Below, piece after piece: positions 10,249 to 20,792 of a stretch of 64,000 nt of DNA. Every line of letters begins with the position of its first letter. Positions within the stretch are counted from its first letter, which is position 1. The DNA is taken from assembly GCA_965216565.1 (NCBI GenBank), contig OZ244170.1, positions 1,504,001-1,568,000 of the forward strand, written 5' to 3'. Made by a program: the position numbers and the translations under genes. A model generated the notes under the pieces. It was not told the origin of the DNA and did no database searches. It was given only the letters and a program-made list of their open reading frames with translations. Source of the stretch: Bythopirellula sp. (GTDB lineage Bacteria; Planctomycetota; Planctomycetia; Pirellulales; Lacipirellulaceae).

Positions 10249-11805
10249 ATGCCTGGTTCGGATTCCCCGCTGATTATCGGCGAAGGCCTGGGGGAATTGC
10301 GCACTGCTCCGGTTGGCAACTTAGGTAGCCCGGAGATCTCCGATAGTACGGCTCAAAGTGAGGCATCTAAGAATGTCCCGAATGGTAATTTCGGTAAACA
10401 GAACTCCCTTCCTCCGCTCATTGGCATAAACGATTTGGTGGATGAAGCTCCGCCTTGGCTGATCAGCGCGGGAGTCCATCTTGCATTATTAATTATCCTA
10501 GGCCTTTTGATATTTACGCCTAAGCTGCAAGACGAGCTTACTCTCCGGTTTGGTAGCGAAGCGGCTGAGGATGCACTCACTGGCGACGATTTTGAAATGC
10601 CGCTTGAGATTGAAGAAATGAGCTTGGATGCGGCACTTGCTCCGCAACAAGTTCCAGAGATTGAAGAGGCTGTCAAACTCGATCCCACGTTACTTGCTGG
10701 GCCGTTGGTTTCCGAGGAGATCTCCACGGATGTCGATCCGATCCGGATGGCGCTAACGGGTAGAGAAAAAGGGATGCGCGAGTCCCTGTTGGAGGCCTAT
10801 GGTGGCACGCGAGGGACTCAAAAAGCGGTAATGGAGGGATTGAAGTGGCTCCAGCGAAGACAGGGATCGGATGGCATGTGGAGCCTAACTGGTCCTTACC
10901 CAAACGGAGCCTCCACAGAGAACAAAGAGGCTGCAACCGGACTGGCGTTGATCGCTTTTCAGGGCGCTGGGTACACGCCTGAGGGAGATAGCAAGGGTCC
11001 TTTTACGCGGACGGTTGCGCGAGGCTGGACATCACTGCTCGCTAGTCAAGCCGACAATGGGAACTTCTTTCAGGATGGTCGTGGAACGGGGAGGCTATAT
11101 ACTCACGCAATTTGCACGATTGCGATTTGTGAACTCTATGGAATGACGCGCGAGTCGAAGTATCGAGATGCGGCTCAACGCGCGATAAACTATTGCGTGA
11201 AAACACAAGCTCCCGAAGGGGGCTGGCGGTACACGCCCAATAGAGATAACGATCTGTCCGTGACTGGCTGGTTCGTGATTGCCCTGCAGAGTGCACGCAT
11301 GGCAGGGCTAGACGTGCCTTCAACTACTTTGAGTGGTATACGAGATTACCTCGATATCGTCAGCCGAAATGGCGGCAGCGAGTATGCCTACAGTCATCGC
11401 CATGGGCCTACGTTGAGCATGACGAGCGAAGGACTATTGAGTAGACAATACCTTGGCTGGCGTCACGAAGATCTGCGCCTCCAGCGTGGTGCTGATCTGC
11501 TAATCGAAAACTTGCCTTCTTGGGAAGAGGGCGACCGCGACTGCTATTATTGGTACTACGCAACTCAAGTGTGCCATCATATGGAGAGCCATCATTGGCG
11601 GGTATGGAACGAGCGAATGCGAGAAGTAATCCCAAGCAATCAAATTCTTGAAGGGCGTGAACGCGGTAGCTGGGATCCACGAGGCGATCGCTGGGCCACC
11701 AGCGGAGGTCGCCTCTTCGGCACTTGTTTGTCTATTTATATGCTCGAGGTCTATTACCGGCACTTACCTATCTACCAGCTTGATTTGCTCAGCGGCGGGA
11801 ACTAG
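10249..11805 (+). CDS. Membrane-anchored prenyltransferase/squalene-oxidase-repeat protein (planctomycete type)
   Basis: One TM (WLISAGVHLALLIILGLLIF), acidic linker, QW-like repeats (LQRRQGSDGMW, QAPEGGWRY), C-terminal LEVYYRHLP. Confidence 0.8.
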   Translation: MPGSDSPLIIGEGLGELRTAPVGNLGSPEISDSTAQSEASKNVPNGNFGKQNSLPPLIGINDLVDEAPPWLISAGVHLALLIILGLLIFTPKLQDELTLRFGSEAAEDALTGDDFEMPLEIEEMSLDAALAPQQVPEIEEAVKLDPTLLAGPLVSEEISTDVDPIRMALTGREKGMRESLLEAYGGTRGTQKAVMEGLKWLQRRQGSDGMWSLTGPYPNGASTENKEAATGLALIAFQGAGYTPEGDSKGPFTRTVARGWTSLLASQADNGNFFQDGRGTGRLYTHAICTIAICELYGMTRESKYRDAAQRAINYCVKTQAPEGGWRYTPNRDNDLSVTGWFVIALQSARMAGLDVPSTTLSGIRDYLDIVSRNGGSEYAYSHRHGPTLSMTSEGLLSRQYLGWRHEDLRLQRGADLLIENLPSWEEGDRDCYYWYYATQVCHHMESHHWRVWNERMREVIPSNQILEGRERGSWDPRGDRWATSGGRLFGTCLSIYMLEVYYRHLPIYQLDLLSGGN

Positions 11806-11883
11806 GGCGTACTTCGTTCGACCCCAGCCACCCACATTAGGACCCCGCCCCGCATAGTAAACTAGTACCCAAATTAGCCCATC

Positions 11884-11912
11884 TGGACGAGGATAAACTG
11901 GCGGTGTAAACT
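11884..11912 (+). promoter_or_regulatory. Possible sigma70 promoter of tRNA-Arg
   Basis: TGGACG-N17-TAAACT about 50 bp upstream of the tRNA. Confidence 0.45.
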
Positions 11913-11960
11913 GTCGCGTTCAACCGCATGGGGCCGCCATGGTCTGATTGCGGCGACAAC

Positions 11961-12034
11961 GCACCCGTAGCTCAACTGGATAGAGTACCGGTCTACGAAA
12001 CCGGTGGTTGCTGGTTCGAATCCAGCCGGGTGTA
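11961..12034 (+). tRNA. tRNA-Arg(ACG)
   Basis: GCACCCG-TA-GCTC...GAGT-A-CCGGT-CTACGAA-ACCGG...GCTGG-TTCGAAT-CCAGC-CGGGTGT-A cloverleaf. Confidence 0.95.
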
Positions 12035-12133
12035 TTTGACTCAGTTCAATTGCACTTGCAAATCACACGGTAAAGCAAGTTGAACTCTTCAAGTGGGCAG
12101 GCGATGCAACCCACGAGGACTAGAATCTTCCTG

Positions 12134-13519
12134 CTAACCTAGCCGCATGCTTCGCGAGGCGGACAACAAAAGCAGCGTGACGAACATGACGCAGCTTGAA
12201 GGCTCAGGTACTGCACGCACGGAAACAAGAGCTGCTGGATTACTAGCTTGAACTTGCCAGGCGAGAAAATCCAGGCCATCGCTATCGCCGTCCGCTTCCA
12301 TATCCGCGCGGCCATCAATACTGTAGGCAGCCTCCCATAACGCTAGGTCTGCAGATCCTACAATGCCGTCTAAGTTGAAATCCGCAGAAGGCCCAGCCGG
12401 TAGAAATTCGACGTTCCCGTTTTTGAACACTCCGTCCTCCTGATAGACGAACTGCAAATTCTGCGGTGCATTGGGATCGTAGACTGCTCCCAAATCTAAC
12501 CACTCGCCAGGCAACAGTGACGACGAACCAGTAAGCCAGCCTTCGGCTAGGCCGTCTGAGTTGGCCGTGCCAAGCTGTTCCCAGCCATTGCCCGTGCCAA
12601 TGCCAGAAGGAAAGCCTAGGCGCTGCTGCGATTCCAGCATTTGCCAACCCGTATCGTTCAGGGCTGCGGCGTTAGAGGTTATCTCATAGTAGCTCAAGCT
12701 GATTGGATCGTTCCCAAGATTGCGAACTGCTCCCTTCCCGGTACCAGGATCAACTTGTAATACAAGATTCTGAACAATTGTCGCCAAGTCGCTAATTTCG
12801 GTATCAGTCAAGGCGTCGTCGTAAATCCGAAAGTCATCGATGAGACCAATGTAGTCGCCGGCTGGCGAAAATACCGGTGACCGACCGACGTTTAACGTCG
12901 TATTGGTACCGCCTCCCGTGTTGATTCCTGTGCCGGCGGGATTGCCTCCCGTCGGAATGCCGGTCAGTGGTTGGCCATCTAAAAACATCTCTACATCCAG
13001 ATAGTCATTCGCATTGTTTGGAACCCGGATTGCCAAATGATGAAATCCAGCATCGGCTCCCACAAAGTCGAACCCGCTACCCCAGGTGACATTTCCACCG
13101 CTATACCTCAGGCGAATGCCTCCTCCCTCGAGCGAAACGTCAAACGATCTACCGAAAGCGCCTGTGCCGTAGCCGAACATTTTATTTTCCACGCCTACCG
13201 CTTCTTGATTGAACCAAAAGGCGATCGTACGGGCATCAGATCCATTCGGCGCTGTATTTTGAGAAGCTGAGACATTGATGTACGAAGCCCCGTCGTCGTT
13301 GGGAAGCCGGATTGCTTCGCCCAAAACACCAGATATTCCGGTGCCGACCGCGCCAACGATATTTCCACTTAACACTCCATTGGCCAAGTTCTCATAGCTT
13401 GAGCCAGTACGATCAGCGTCATCGAACGTGTAATGCAAAACCAAACTAGCATTGGCAGCGCTCGCAGTGCAGATGGTCCAAAGTAGCAGAGCCGCAGAGT
13501 ATTTAGCTGTAAGTCTCAC
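12134..13519 (-). CDS. LamG-like jellyroll protein with dockerin-like repeat and PEP-CTERM tail
   Basis: Signal peptide, LHYTFDD, GLIDDFRIYD, ADFNLDGIVGSADL/DGDSDGLDFL, VPEPSS+TM+basic residues; GTG start overlaps the upstream TGA. Confidence 0.8.
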   Translation of the reverse strand: MRLTAKYSAALLLWTICTASAANASLVLHYTFDDADRTGSSYENLANGVLSGNIVGAVGTGISGVLGEAIRLPNDDGASYINVSASQNTAPNGSDARTIAFWFNQEAVGVENKMFGYGTGAFGRSFDVSLEGGGIRLRYSGGNVTWGSGFDFVGADAGFHHLAIRVPNNANDYLDVEMFLDGQPLTGIPTGGNPAGTGINTGGGTNTTLNVGRSPVFSPAGDYIGLIDDFRIYDDALTDTEISDLATIVQNLVLQVDPGTGKGAVRNLGNDPISLSYYEITSNAAALNDTGWQMLESQQRLGFPSGIGTGNGWEQLGTANSDGLAEGWLTGSSSLLPGEWLDLGAVYDPNAPQNLQFVYQEDGVFKNGNVEFLPAGPSADFNLDGIVGSADLALWEAAYSIDGRADMEADGDSDGLDFLAWQVQASNPAALVSVRAVPEPSSCVMFVTLLLLSASRSMRLG

Positions 13520-15462
13520 GCCACACCTCGCTTTCCGCGCGGCGAGCATGCCAAGAGGCTGATCGACATCATCACCAAGAGGACTAGCGATTCAGACTCG
13601 GGAACCTGATTGAGCAATGCCTCGAAGGAGCCGCTACCATGCGCCAGCTCGTAGGCAGTCTTGAAGCCTGCGAAGTCGAAACGGTCGACATGTCCATCCA
13701 AATTAAAATCCCCCAGTCCGTAGGCGTCTGCCGCCGTGAGGCTGGATAAATCGTCGAAGAATGAGTTCTTTAACTGCGTCCAGTCCGCGGCATCGATTAT
13801 GCCGCTCATATTGAAATCGCCTTGGTCACCTACCCAAAGTACCGGAGGCAGATCGGTAGCGAGCCCTGTCGCTTTGACGATCGGCATCGAAGGACTCACT
13901 TCGACGAAGTAGCTGTGCAAGGCAGCACTCAGCTCAAAGGCTTTAAGATCATTGATGCCTAGTAGATCCATCGTCTCGCCGATGTCGTTCGACAAATCAT
14001 AAAGTTCGTAAGTCCCTGTCTCGTATTGATAGACCATCTTGAACTGATTATCGCGAATCGCACTCACGTAAGCTCCGCCTTCGAACGTAATCGCTTGCTC
14101 AGCCCCACGCTGATCTTGATTGCTGCGATGAGGCATGTGCCAATATTGGTAGCCTCGATCGACAGTGCCGCCTTCCAGGGCAGCAGCGAAGCTGACACCA
14201 TCGATGTTGTCGTTCATCGGTACTGATGGGTTGCTGTCCAGGCCGGTCAATTCCAAGATAGTGGGCAAAAAGTCGTCACTGGAGACGCGGGAGTTAGAGA
14301 CCGTCCCTTGGGTGATGTTCGCATTGCCAGTCCAACTGGTAATCATTGGTGTTCGTATGCCGCCTTCGTAGACGCTGCCTTTTCCTTCACGCAGAGGCCC
14401 ATTCGCCGTCGGCACGGGATCACCGAGCTCGCCGACGGTCAGGCCACCGTTGTCAGCGGCAAAAATGATGATCGTGTTATCGCGAATACTGTCGGAGTTG
14501 TTTCCATCCCCATCCGGATCATCGAGCCGAGTTAGCACGCGGCCCAAGGCCTTATCCATTTCCTCGACCATCGCCGCGTACGTGGCATTCTCATGTCCCT
14601 TCAAATCGACACCTTGCCCTTGGAGAGTGGCAATTCTGGTGGCGTACTTGCTCGTCACGTCGGCTGGGGCATCGAGCGGCACGTGAACCTGATAGGGAGC
14701 AAAGTGCAGAAAGAAGGGGGTAGAAGTTGCTGCTCGCTGTTCGATGTAATCTTCAGCGAAGTCACCGAGGACGTCGGTTAAATAAGCGTCTGCCGGGTAA
14801 CCAGAAGTGATGCCCGGCATGCCAGACCAGCCACCATCGGAACCGGCAAAGAACCCGTCAGAAACGGGACTGCAGGGACAACCCGCGCCGCCCCCGGCGA
14901 TATTGTAGTCGTATCCGTGCGACGTTGGTCCCGCACCCGCATGCCACTTGCCGATGAAGCCTGTGTGATAATTGCCTGCGGATGAGCCGAGCGACTCGGC
15001 CAGGGTCGTTTCGCTAAGCGGTGTTGCGGAGGTGGAGAGTGGCGACTTGAGAGTGGCACTAGTATTGCCAGAACCTCCATTGCCGCCAGCCAAATAAGTA
15101 AAGTTTGTGCGGGCTGTCGTCTTTCCTGTGATGAGTGACGCACGTGTTGAGGAACAGACCGGAGAGGAGGAGTAGGCTTGTTCAAAAACTACCCCCGATT
15201 GAGCGAGGCTTAACAGGTTCGGCGTCTTAAATACCACGCTTCCCTCGGGATTTAGCGTGGCATCGTATTCCCAATCGGTCCAGCCCATGTCGTCGGTGAA
15301 AAAAAGCACCACATTCGGGCTGCTGCCAAAACAGGCTCCAGTACTCAACAGGCTACTGCACAGAATCACACAGACGCTTATCCAGCGAAGGTCCATCGAA
15401 CAGGTCCGCTGCGAAGACATTTCGCAAATCGGTTGCTTTGCACTACTCACACAGAGACTCAC
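13516..15462 (-). CDS. Sulfatase with dockerin-like repeats and PEP-CTERM-like tail
   Basis: PNVVLFFTDDMG, CSSTRASLITG, GKWH, ADNGG, GKGSVYEGG; GDFNMSG/GDFNLDG repeats; VPESES+TM+RGKRG; start uncertain. Confidence 0.88.
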   Translation of the reverse strand: MSLCVSSAKQPICEMSSQRTCSMDLRWISVCVILCSSLLSTGACFGSSPNVVLFFTDDMGWTDWEYDATLNPEGSVVFKTPNLLSLAQSGVVFEQAYSSSPVCSSTRASLITGKTTARTNFTYLAGGNGGSGNTSATLKSPLSTSATPLSETTLAESLGSSAGNYHTGFIGKWHAGAGPTSHGYDYNIAGGGAGCPCSPVSDGFFAGSDGGWSGMPGITSGYPADAYLTDVLGDFAEDYIEQRAATSTPFFLHFAPYQVHVPLDAPADVTSKYATRIATLQGQGVDLKGHENATYAAMVEEMDKALGRVLTRLDDPDGDGNNSDSIRDNTIIIFAADNGGLTVGELGDPVPTANGPLREGKGSVYEGGIRTPMITSWTGNANITQGTVSNSRVSSDDFLPTILELTGLDSNPSVPMNDNIDGVSFAAALEGGTVDRGYQYWHMPHRSNQDQRGAEQAITFEGGAYVSAIRDNQFKMVYQYETGTYELYDLSNDIGETMDLLGINDLKAFELSAALHSYFVEVSPSMPIVKATGLATDLPPVLWVGDQGDFNMSGIIDAADWTQLKNSFFDDLSSLTAADAYGLGDFNLDGHVDRFDFAGFKTAYELAHGSGSFEALLNQVPESESLVLLVMMSISLLACSPRGKRGVA

Positions 15463-15506
15463 CGACTGCTCCCTACAAGTTATCTGTTGGCTACAGGTCT
15501 ATTCAG

Positions 15507-16979
15507 CTACGGGCGTCTTCTTGAACCCAGCGCGACCAGCCCAAGAACTCCCAAGATCGTAGCCGTCGATGGTTCTGGTATTAAAACGTTAATCTCCATT
15601 GCATTGAGATACCCGAAGGTGCCTTCGACGACTGTCATATCTACAAAGATTTGGCCAAATGAATCTGGACGAATTCCTGCAACAGTGATTATCTCATCGT
15701 CGTTTCCATCATAGATACCGTCGGCCCCGATATTGGGACCAGAAGTCTGGAGTGTTTCCGCCTTGCTATTGGCACCGGTCACTAAATATTCCGTTGACCG
15801 TCTAGTCGTTGTGTTGCGTGACCCAAAAAAGCGGAAGTTATAGGTAGAATTTGGATCGAATCCATTTAGCATAAACCCGCCAGGTCGATCGTCGTTTCCA
15901 CCTCCCGGCTGATTGTCAGCACTACTAAAGAAGTAGTCTTGTGTGGCTGAATCAATGGCTAAATCACCGAGTAGATTTGCATCCGGCATCCGCAAACCTC
16001 CCTGAGGCTTGCCATTCGTAGCGAATCCCCCAGTTATCGTCAGATCGATTCCGGTCGATTGACCGGTGTCGTCGACCAGGTTCGCAAGGTGCTCGCCCGC
16101 GTTCACCGCAACGTTTCCTTCGGCCTGATGCCAGTTATTCCAAATATTGCCGTTGCTATCGGGTCCGAGCGTGTGGGTGCCGTCTTGAGGATTACTCGGA
16201 CCAAAGTCAAAGAGTATCCGAGTTCCAGCTAGAGGCGTAGCGGTGTTTGCTACAAATACTTTGTTCGGAGCGATGACTGATTCAATCTGAGGTCGAATGA
16301 TCGACGACCAAAAATCATAGCCTTGTCGGTTCAGATGAATACTGTCAACGAACAAGGAGGTGAATGCTGGGTCGTTGTATGGATTAAGTGTACCGAAAGC
16401 GGCCGGTAGATCGATGAAATGCAGCTTTGCATTATTCGGGTCAGCGGCCATGCTAGCGATGGCATTATTGGCGATGGTCTCGTTTGGTTGATTGGATTGC
16501 CGACCGGGAGTCGGCATGATGCCTAGATAGAATATCTCGACATCAGGTTGCGCTGCGTGAACTGCATTCACAAAGTTCTCGTAGTCGGCAAGCACTTCAG
16601 CTCCTGATTCTCCTGAGTTGATATCGTTCGTGCCTTCCCACACCACGATCGCTGAGGGAGAGTAAGGTAAAACGATATCGTTCACGAATCCATTGAGCTG
16701 TTCGAACTGAGAACCACCAAAGCCCCGTTGGATAACCTTATAGTCGGCGAAGTCGAGAGCCAGTTGTTCCCATCGGCGAATACTCGAACTGCCCGTGAAG
16801 AGGATTGATCCGCAAGACGGATGATCGAGGGCATCTTGGGCGACCCAGCGATTGATGTCTGCTTGAAAAGCTTGTGAATAGGCTACTGGCTCTAAGCAGA
16901 GGATGAATAAGCATAGCGGGAGCCAAAAGCGACACCTTCTAGGTAAGCTGCTAAATAGGCTACTCGACGCGAAACTCAT
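15507..16979 (-). CDS. SGNH/GDSL esterase with PEP-CTERM tail
   Basis: FTGSSSI, RGFGGS, EGTND, DSIH catalytic blocks; IPEPST+TM+RRRP. Confidence 0.85.
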   Translation of the reverse strand: MSFASSSLFSSLPRRCRFWLPLCLFILCLEPVAYSQAFQADINRWVAQDALDHPSCGSILFTGSSSIRRWEQLALDFADYKVIQRGFGGSQFEQLNGFVNDIVLPYSPSAIVVWEGTNDINSGESGAEVLADYENFVNAVHAAQPDVEIFYLGIMPTPGRQSNQPNETIANNAIASMAADPNNAKLHFIDLPAAFGTLNPYNDPAFTSLFVDSIHLNRQGYDFWSSIIRPQIESVIAPNKVFVANTATPLAGTRILFDFGPSNPQDGTHTLGPDSNGNIWNNWHQAEGNVAVNAGEHLANLVDDTGQSTGIDLTITGGFATNGKPQGGLRMPDANLLGDLAIDSATQDYFFSSADNQPGGGNDDRPGGFMLNGFDPNSTYNFRFFGSRNTTTRRSTEYLVTGANSKAETLQTSGPNIGADGIYDGNDDEIITVAGIRPDSFGQIFVDMTVVEGTFGYLNAMEINVLIPEPSTATILGVLGLVALGSRRRP

Positions 16980-17144
16980 GGTGTCACTCTCTTGAAATTA
17001 AAGTCCATTTTGTGCATTGAGGCGTAAGGTGTCGCCGAGCAGTCGACCCCGCAACTAGTTTCAGAGCTGATGCAGTCTGCATCTAAGGCTGAGCGAGGTC
17101 GTCCACAAACTGTCGCTCTCTGACATTTCGCGGTTCGCAGACTA

Positions 17145-18188
17145 CTACTTCTTAGCAAGTCGTGCTGCGAGATTTGAGCGGTGTTCTTCGATATTGTCTT
17201 TGCTCACCACTTTGCACGGCAGATAAACGTAACCTGTTCCGCCGAGTGGTACAGAATGTTCGTTGCGATCATGAAGCGTTCGCATCAAGCGGACCGACTC
17301 AAAACCATACTCGTACGTTCCCTGTACTACCGTGGCAAAGATCTGACCGTTGGCAACGCCATCCAGAGTTGCCTCATGTTCGTCAAACGCGACGAGAGTT
17401 ACATCTTCCAGCTTCTCCAGTTCCTTCAGAACTGTGAGACAAGCAGGGATGTTGTAGCCATAGAGGCCAACCATGCAATCGACTTTTGGATGATCCTCCA
17501 AAGCTTGGCGGACGTTCGCCTCGGCCTGTTTGGGATCTTGTCCATCCAGATAAGTCTCAACAACGGTAATATTCGATCCGCTATAAGGCCTTTCAAGCGG
17601 ATAGTCGCTGGCGTCATCCATGAGTTCGCCTTGAACAATTGCGTCGTGAAACCCTCGCAACCGATCCGTCGCATTTTGGCGTTCGACATCACCAATAAAA
17701 ACAATCACATTTCCGCCATCGGGCAGCGCTTCTCGAACTACGTTCCCGCACATCTTGCCGGCGGTGTAGTTGTTGGTTCCTACATAGCAGTGACGTAGTG
17801 ACTGAGGAGCGTCGTTATCGAATGTGATCAGGTGTGTCTTTGTCGCGAGACGACTCAGCAGAAGCGTTTGGTCAATAGGAGCAATCGGGCTGATTGCTAC
17901 ACCGCTCGAACCCTTGGCTTCCACTCGACCCAAGACTTCCGTTTGATCGACAGGCTTGCCTGAGGGAACATGCACTTTTAGATTGATATCAAATTCCTCT
18001 GCCGCGGCCTCCGCTCCAGCGATGACTTGATTCCAAAATAAATCGGGTCCGCCCACAATAAAATCAAAGCGAGGTTGGCTGGTGGAAGACGTTCCATTCG
18101 GACTATCGGCTTGCATATAGCCGCGTCCAACAAATCCGATCGCCACGCCCACAGCCAAGAGCAATACTGTACGGACGACGTTATTCAT
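17145..18188 (-). CDS. Sugar-binding periplasmic protein (RbsB-like)
   Basis: FWNQVIAGA, ITFDND, YVGTNNYTAG, LVAFDE, TVVQ; N-terminal hydrophobic segment. Confidence 0.85.
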   Translation of the reverse strand: MNNVVRTVLLLAVGVAIGFVGRGYMQADSPNGTSSTSQPRFDFIVGGPDLFWNQVIAGAEAAAEEFDINLKVHVPSGKPVDQTEVLGRVEAKGSSGVAISPIAPIDQTLLLSRLATKTHLITFDNDAPQSLRHCYVGTNNYTAGKMCGNVVREALPDGGNVIVFIGDVERQNATDRLRGFHDAIVQGELMDDASDYPLERPYSGSNITVVETYLDGQDPKQAEANVRQALEDHPKVDCMVGLYGYNIPACLTVLKELEKLEDVTLVAFDEHEATLDGVANGQIFATVVQGTYEYGFESVRLMRTLHDRNEHSVPLGGTGYVYLPCKVVSKDNIEEHRSNLAARLAKK

Positions 18189-18206
18189 AGCGTTCTCTCA
18201 CTTTGT

Positions 18207-19709
18207 CTATTGGTTCTTAACTGCCGAGGCATCTGCAATATGCTTGGTATTCGGTTCCGGCATGAGCGCTCCCATGGAGTCTCGCCATGCGGAGAGTTTA
18301 GCCAAGAGTGAATCTCGAAGCTCGCTTTCATGTTCAGAGAGGTTCTGCTGCTCACCAATATCTTCAGCCAGGTTGTAAAGCTCAACTTCCGACTCGCCGT
18401 ACCATTGAATTAGCTTCCAATCCCCATGGCGGATGACTCCACCCGGTCGCCCCCCCTGGTTCCCATAGTGCGGATAGTGCCAGTAGACGGTGTCCCGCTC
18501 GAGTTCGCCACCATTCAAAGCAGGTACGAGACTCACGCCGTCTTGGTGCTGGTTAGGCAGAGTGGATAGACCAGCCAACTCGAGCATCGTTGGATAGTAG
18601 TCTGTGCTCGTGACCACCGCATCAGTCTGGCTACCGGGATCAGTAATCCCGGGTGCGCGCACGATTACCGGGACTCGAATTCCTCCTTCATAGAGCCAGC
18701 CTTTGCCTGCTCGTAGTGGAGTATTACTCGTGGGCCAACCTTGATCTCGGGAGATCCCGCGGTCACCGGTCGACAGTCCGCCATTGTCGGAGGTGAAAAT
18801 CACAATCGTATTGTCCGCCAAACCTTGCTCTTCGAGACTGTCGAGCACTTTGCCGACCGCTTCGTCCATCGCTTCAACCATCGCCGCATAGACAGCATGC
18901 TCTTGAACCTGGCGCACTCGGGTCTCACCGTCAAACTCATAGATTGGCGTATCCGTCTCGCCAAATGGATTACGCTTCCGCTCGTATTTTTGCCGCAGAT
19001 CTTCACGTGCTACCAAAGGCACATGAACAGAGTAAAACGAGAGGCAGGCGAAGAAGGGCTTGTGCTTGTGTGTTTCGATGAATCGAACCGTCTCTGTGGC
19101 GAGTCTGTCCGTCAGGTGTTCACCTGGAGGCCCATCCTTCAAACGTGGATTGTTATAAGGCGGAAAATATTGCTTTCCGCCGAAGGGTCCGCCCTGAGCC
19201 CATCCACCTTGATTGATGTCGAACCCTTGATACTCGGGCCAATATCGGTCTTTCGATCCTAGATGCCACTTGCCGGCAAAAAATGTTGCGTAACCCTGAT
19301 CGTGGAATGCTTCGGCAACAGTGACCTCATCGAGTGGCAAATGATCAACGTATTTGGCTGGCTTGAGCGGTGTGTTGCCTTTGTATTGATTTGGTTGAGG
19401 CGCTCCGATGTGCGCCGTCAGCCCCAGACGCGCTGGATACTTGCCCGAAAAGACGCTAGCCCGTGTTGGCGAACAGACAGGACAAGAAGCATACCCATTC
19501 GAGAAGCTCACGCCCGACTTGGCGAGAGCATCAATTTTGGGTGTTTCGTAAAAAGTGCTTCCATAACAGCCCACATCGCGCCACCCTAAATCATCGACCA
19601 GGATGAACAGAATGTTGGGCGGACTCGTATCGGCCAAGCTAGAGGCGAGTCCAAAGCATGTCGTTAGCAAGAATCCAAGGCATACGAAAAATGATTGTCT
19701 AACTGCCAT
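18207..19709 (-). CDS. Exported sulfatase (formylglycine-dependent, S1)
   Basis: PNILFILVDDLG, CSPTRAS, GKWHLG, SDNGG, GKGWLYEGG, WHYPHY; start at MAVRQ chosen. Confidence 0.92.
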   Translation of the reverse strand: MAVRQSFFVCLGFLLTTCFGLASSLADTSPPNILFILVDDLGWRDVGCYGSTFYETPKIDALAKSGVSFSNGYASCPVCSPTRASVFSGKYPARLGLTAHIGAPQPNQYKGNTPLKPAKYVDHLPLDEVTVAEAFHDQGYATFFAGKWHLGSKDRYWPEYQGFDINQGGWAQGGPFGGKQYFPPYNNPRLKDGPPGEHLTDRLATETVRFIETHKHKPFFACLSFYSVHVPLVAREDLRQKYERKRNPFGETDTPIYEFDGETRVRQVQEHAVYAAMVEAMDEAVGKVLDSLEEQGLADNTIVIFTSDNGGLSTGDRGISRDQGWPTSNTPLRAGKGWLYEGGIRVPVIVRAPGITDPGSQTDAVVTSTDYYPTMLELAGLSTLPNQHQDGVSLVPALNGGELERDTVYWHYPHYGNQGGRPGGVIRHGDWKLIQWYGESEVELYNLAEDIGEQQNLSEHESELRDSLLAKLSAWRDSMGALMPEPNTKHIADASAVKNQ

Positions 19710-19746
19710 TCGATTCTGGATTCCAATTCTCTTCTTCAAAAGTACT

Positions 19747-19786
19747 AAAAGATAAAAGCATCGACCCTCCCGAAGAGGGTCGATGC
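19747..19786 (-). terminator. Intrinsic terminator downstream of the PEP-CTERM pair
   Basis: Perfect 12-bp stem GCATCGACCCTC/GAGGGTCGATGC followed on the minus strand by TTTTATCTTTT. Confidence 0.8.
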
Positions 19787-19833
19787 CGCGGCCCAACCGC
19801 TGCCCATTAGCGATTGGTCGGGCCACAATTTCT

Positions 19834-20718
19834 CTAACCTCTACGACGCGCTAACAGTGCCACGCTACCGGCAGCCAACAATAGGCAGCTGGTAGGTTCT
19901 GGAATTGCTGAAATTACCAGATTATCTACATAGCGTTGTGCGAAGTTATTACTACTGAAAGCGACAATTCCTGTGTCACGTCCTGGCTTTCCAGAATGTG
20001 CAAAAGTACCGGTTGCCAGAACATTGCCATCCACAGAAACCCGGTAGTCGATGAGATCGCCCGCCGTGTTATAGGCACCTGCCACTTGTGGTGCAATCTG
20101 CAGCAAAACGTCATGTGCAGCCGCCGGATCGAGATAATCGAAGCTGCTTGTTGCTACGTTATCAATAAGTACATTGGCGTTTGCTGCATTTCCGTTAGCA
20201 CCCTGTTGGAAGAGGACCCCCAGCTCGGTCTTGCTAATTGCCGAAGCTCCGCCTAAACCGCCTGCAGTCGCATCGCTACCAACACCCACAGCTAAATAGC
20301 CTCCAGCAGACGCATTGGCGTTAGGATCGGTGTTGCGATCGAATCTGAAAGCCACTGAAAATCCATTGGGGGCATCTGCAGCAGCACTATAGCCGGTGAT
20401 CACGCCGCCGTTGAGCAGATGTCCGTGATTTCCCAGAAGTGCTTCGAACTGATTAAGTCCCACAACTTGTTGGGCACCACCAGTCGGAGTTGGATCGAGC
20501 ACAACGTACGGAGCTGAATTCGAACCGCCTAGGTTGTTGTTGTTTGTTCCCCAATCCGAGTCGCCATTGCCCGCGCCGGCCGGATTTCCATTGCCATCGC
20601 CGCTACCAGTTGTGCGTCCCTCAAAGTCATCGGAAAACAGAACGGTCGCTTGTACCTGCGACGCGGTCAGGGCGGTGGCTACCAAGATAGCAACCGCGAA
20701 ACAGAGATGTCGTTTCAT
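19834..20718 (-). CDS. PEP-CTERM surface protein of unknown function
   Basis: GGAGG RBS, signal peptide, IPEPTS+TM+RRRG. Confidence 0.85.
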   Translation of the reverse strand: MKRHLCFAVAILVATALTASQVQATVLFSDDFEGRTTGSGDGNGNPAGAGNGDSDWGTNNNNLGGSNSAPYVVLDPTPTGGAQQVVGLNQFEALLGNHGHLLNGGVITGYSAAADAPNGFSVAFRFDRNTDPNANASAGGYLAVGVGSDATAGGLGGASAISKTELGVLFQQGANGNAANANVLIDNVATSSFDYLDPAAAHDVLLQIAPQVAGAYNTAGDLIDYRVSVDGNVLATGTFAHSGKPGRDTGIVAFSSNNFAQRYVDNLVISAIPEPTSCLLLAAGSVALLARRRG

Positions 20719-20792
20719 TAGACTAATACCTCCCAAAAAACAGGAAAAGAACGTATCGAATACTCGCTGCGTTCAGAAAAAACTCGAAACTA

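Noticed and set aside
10249..11805. Squalene-hopene cyclase
   Set aside because: Single barrel with an N-terminal TM and no DXDD motif
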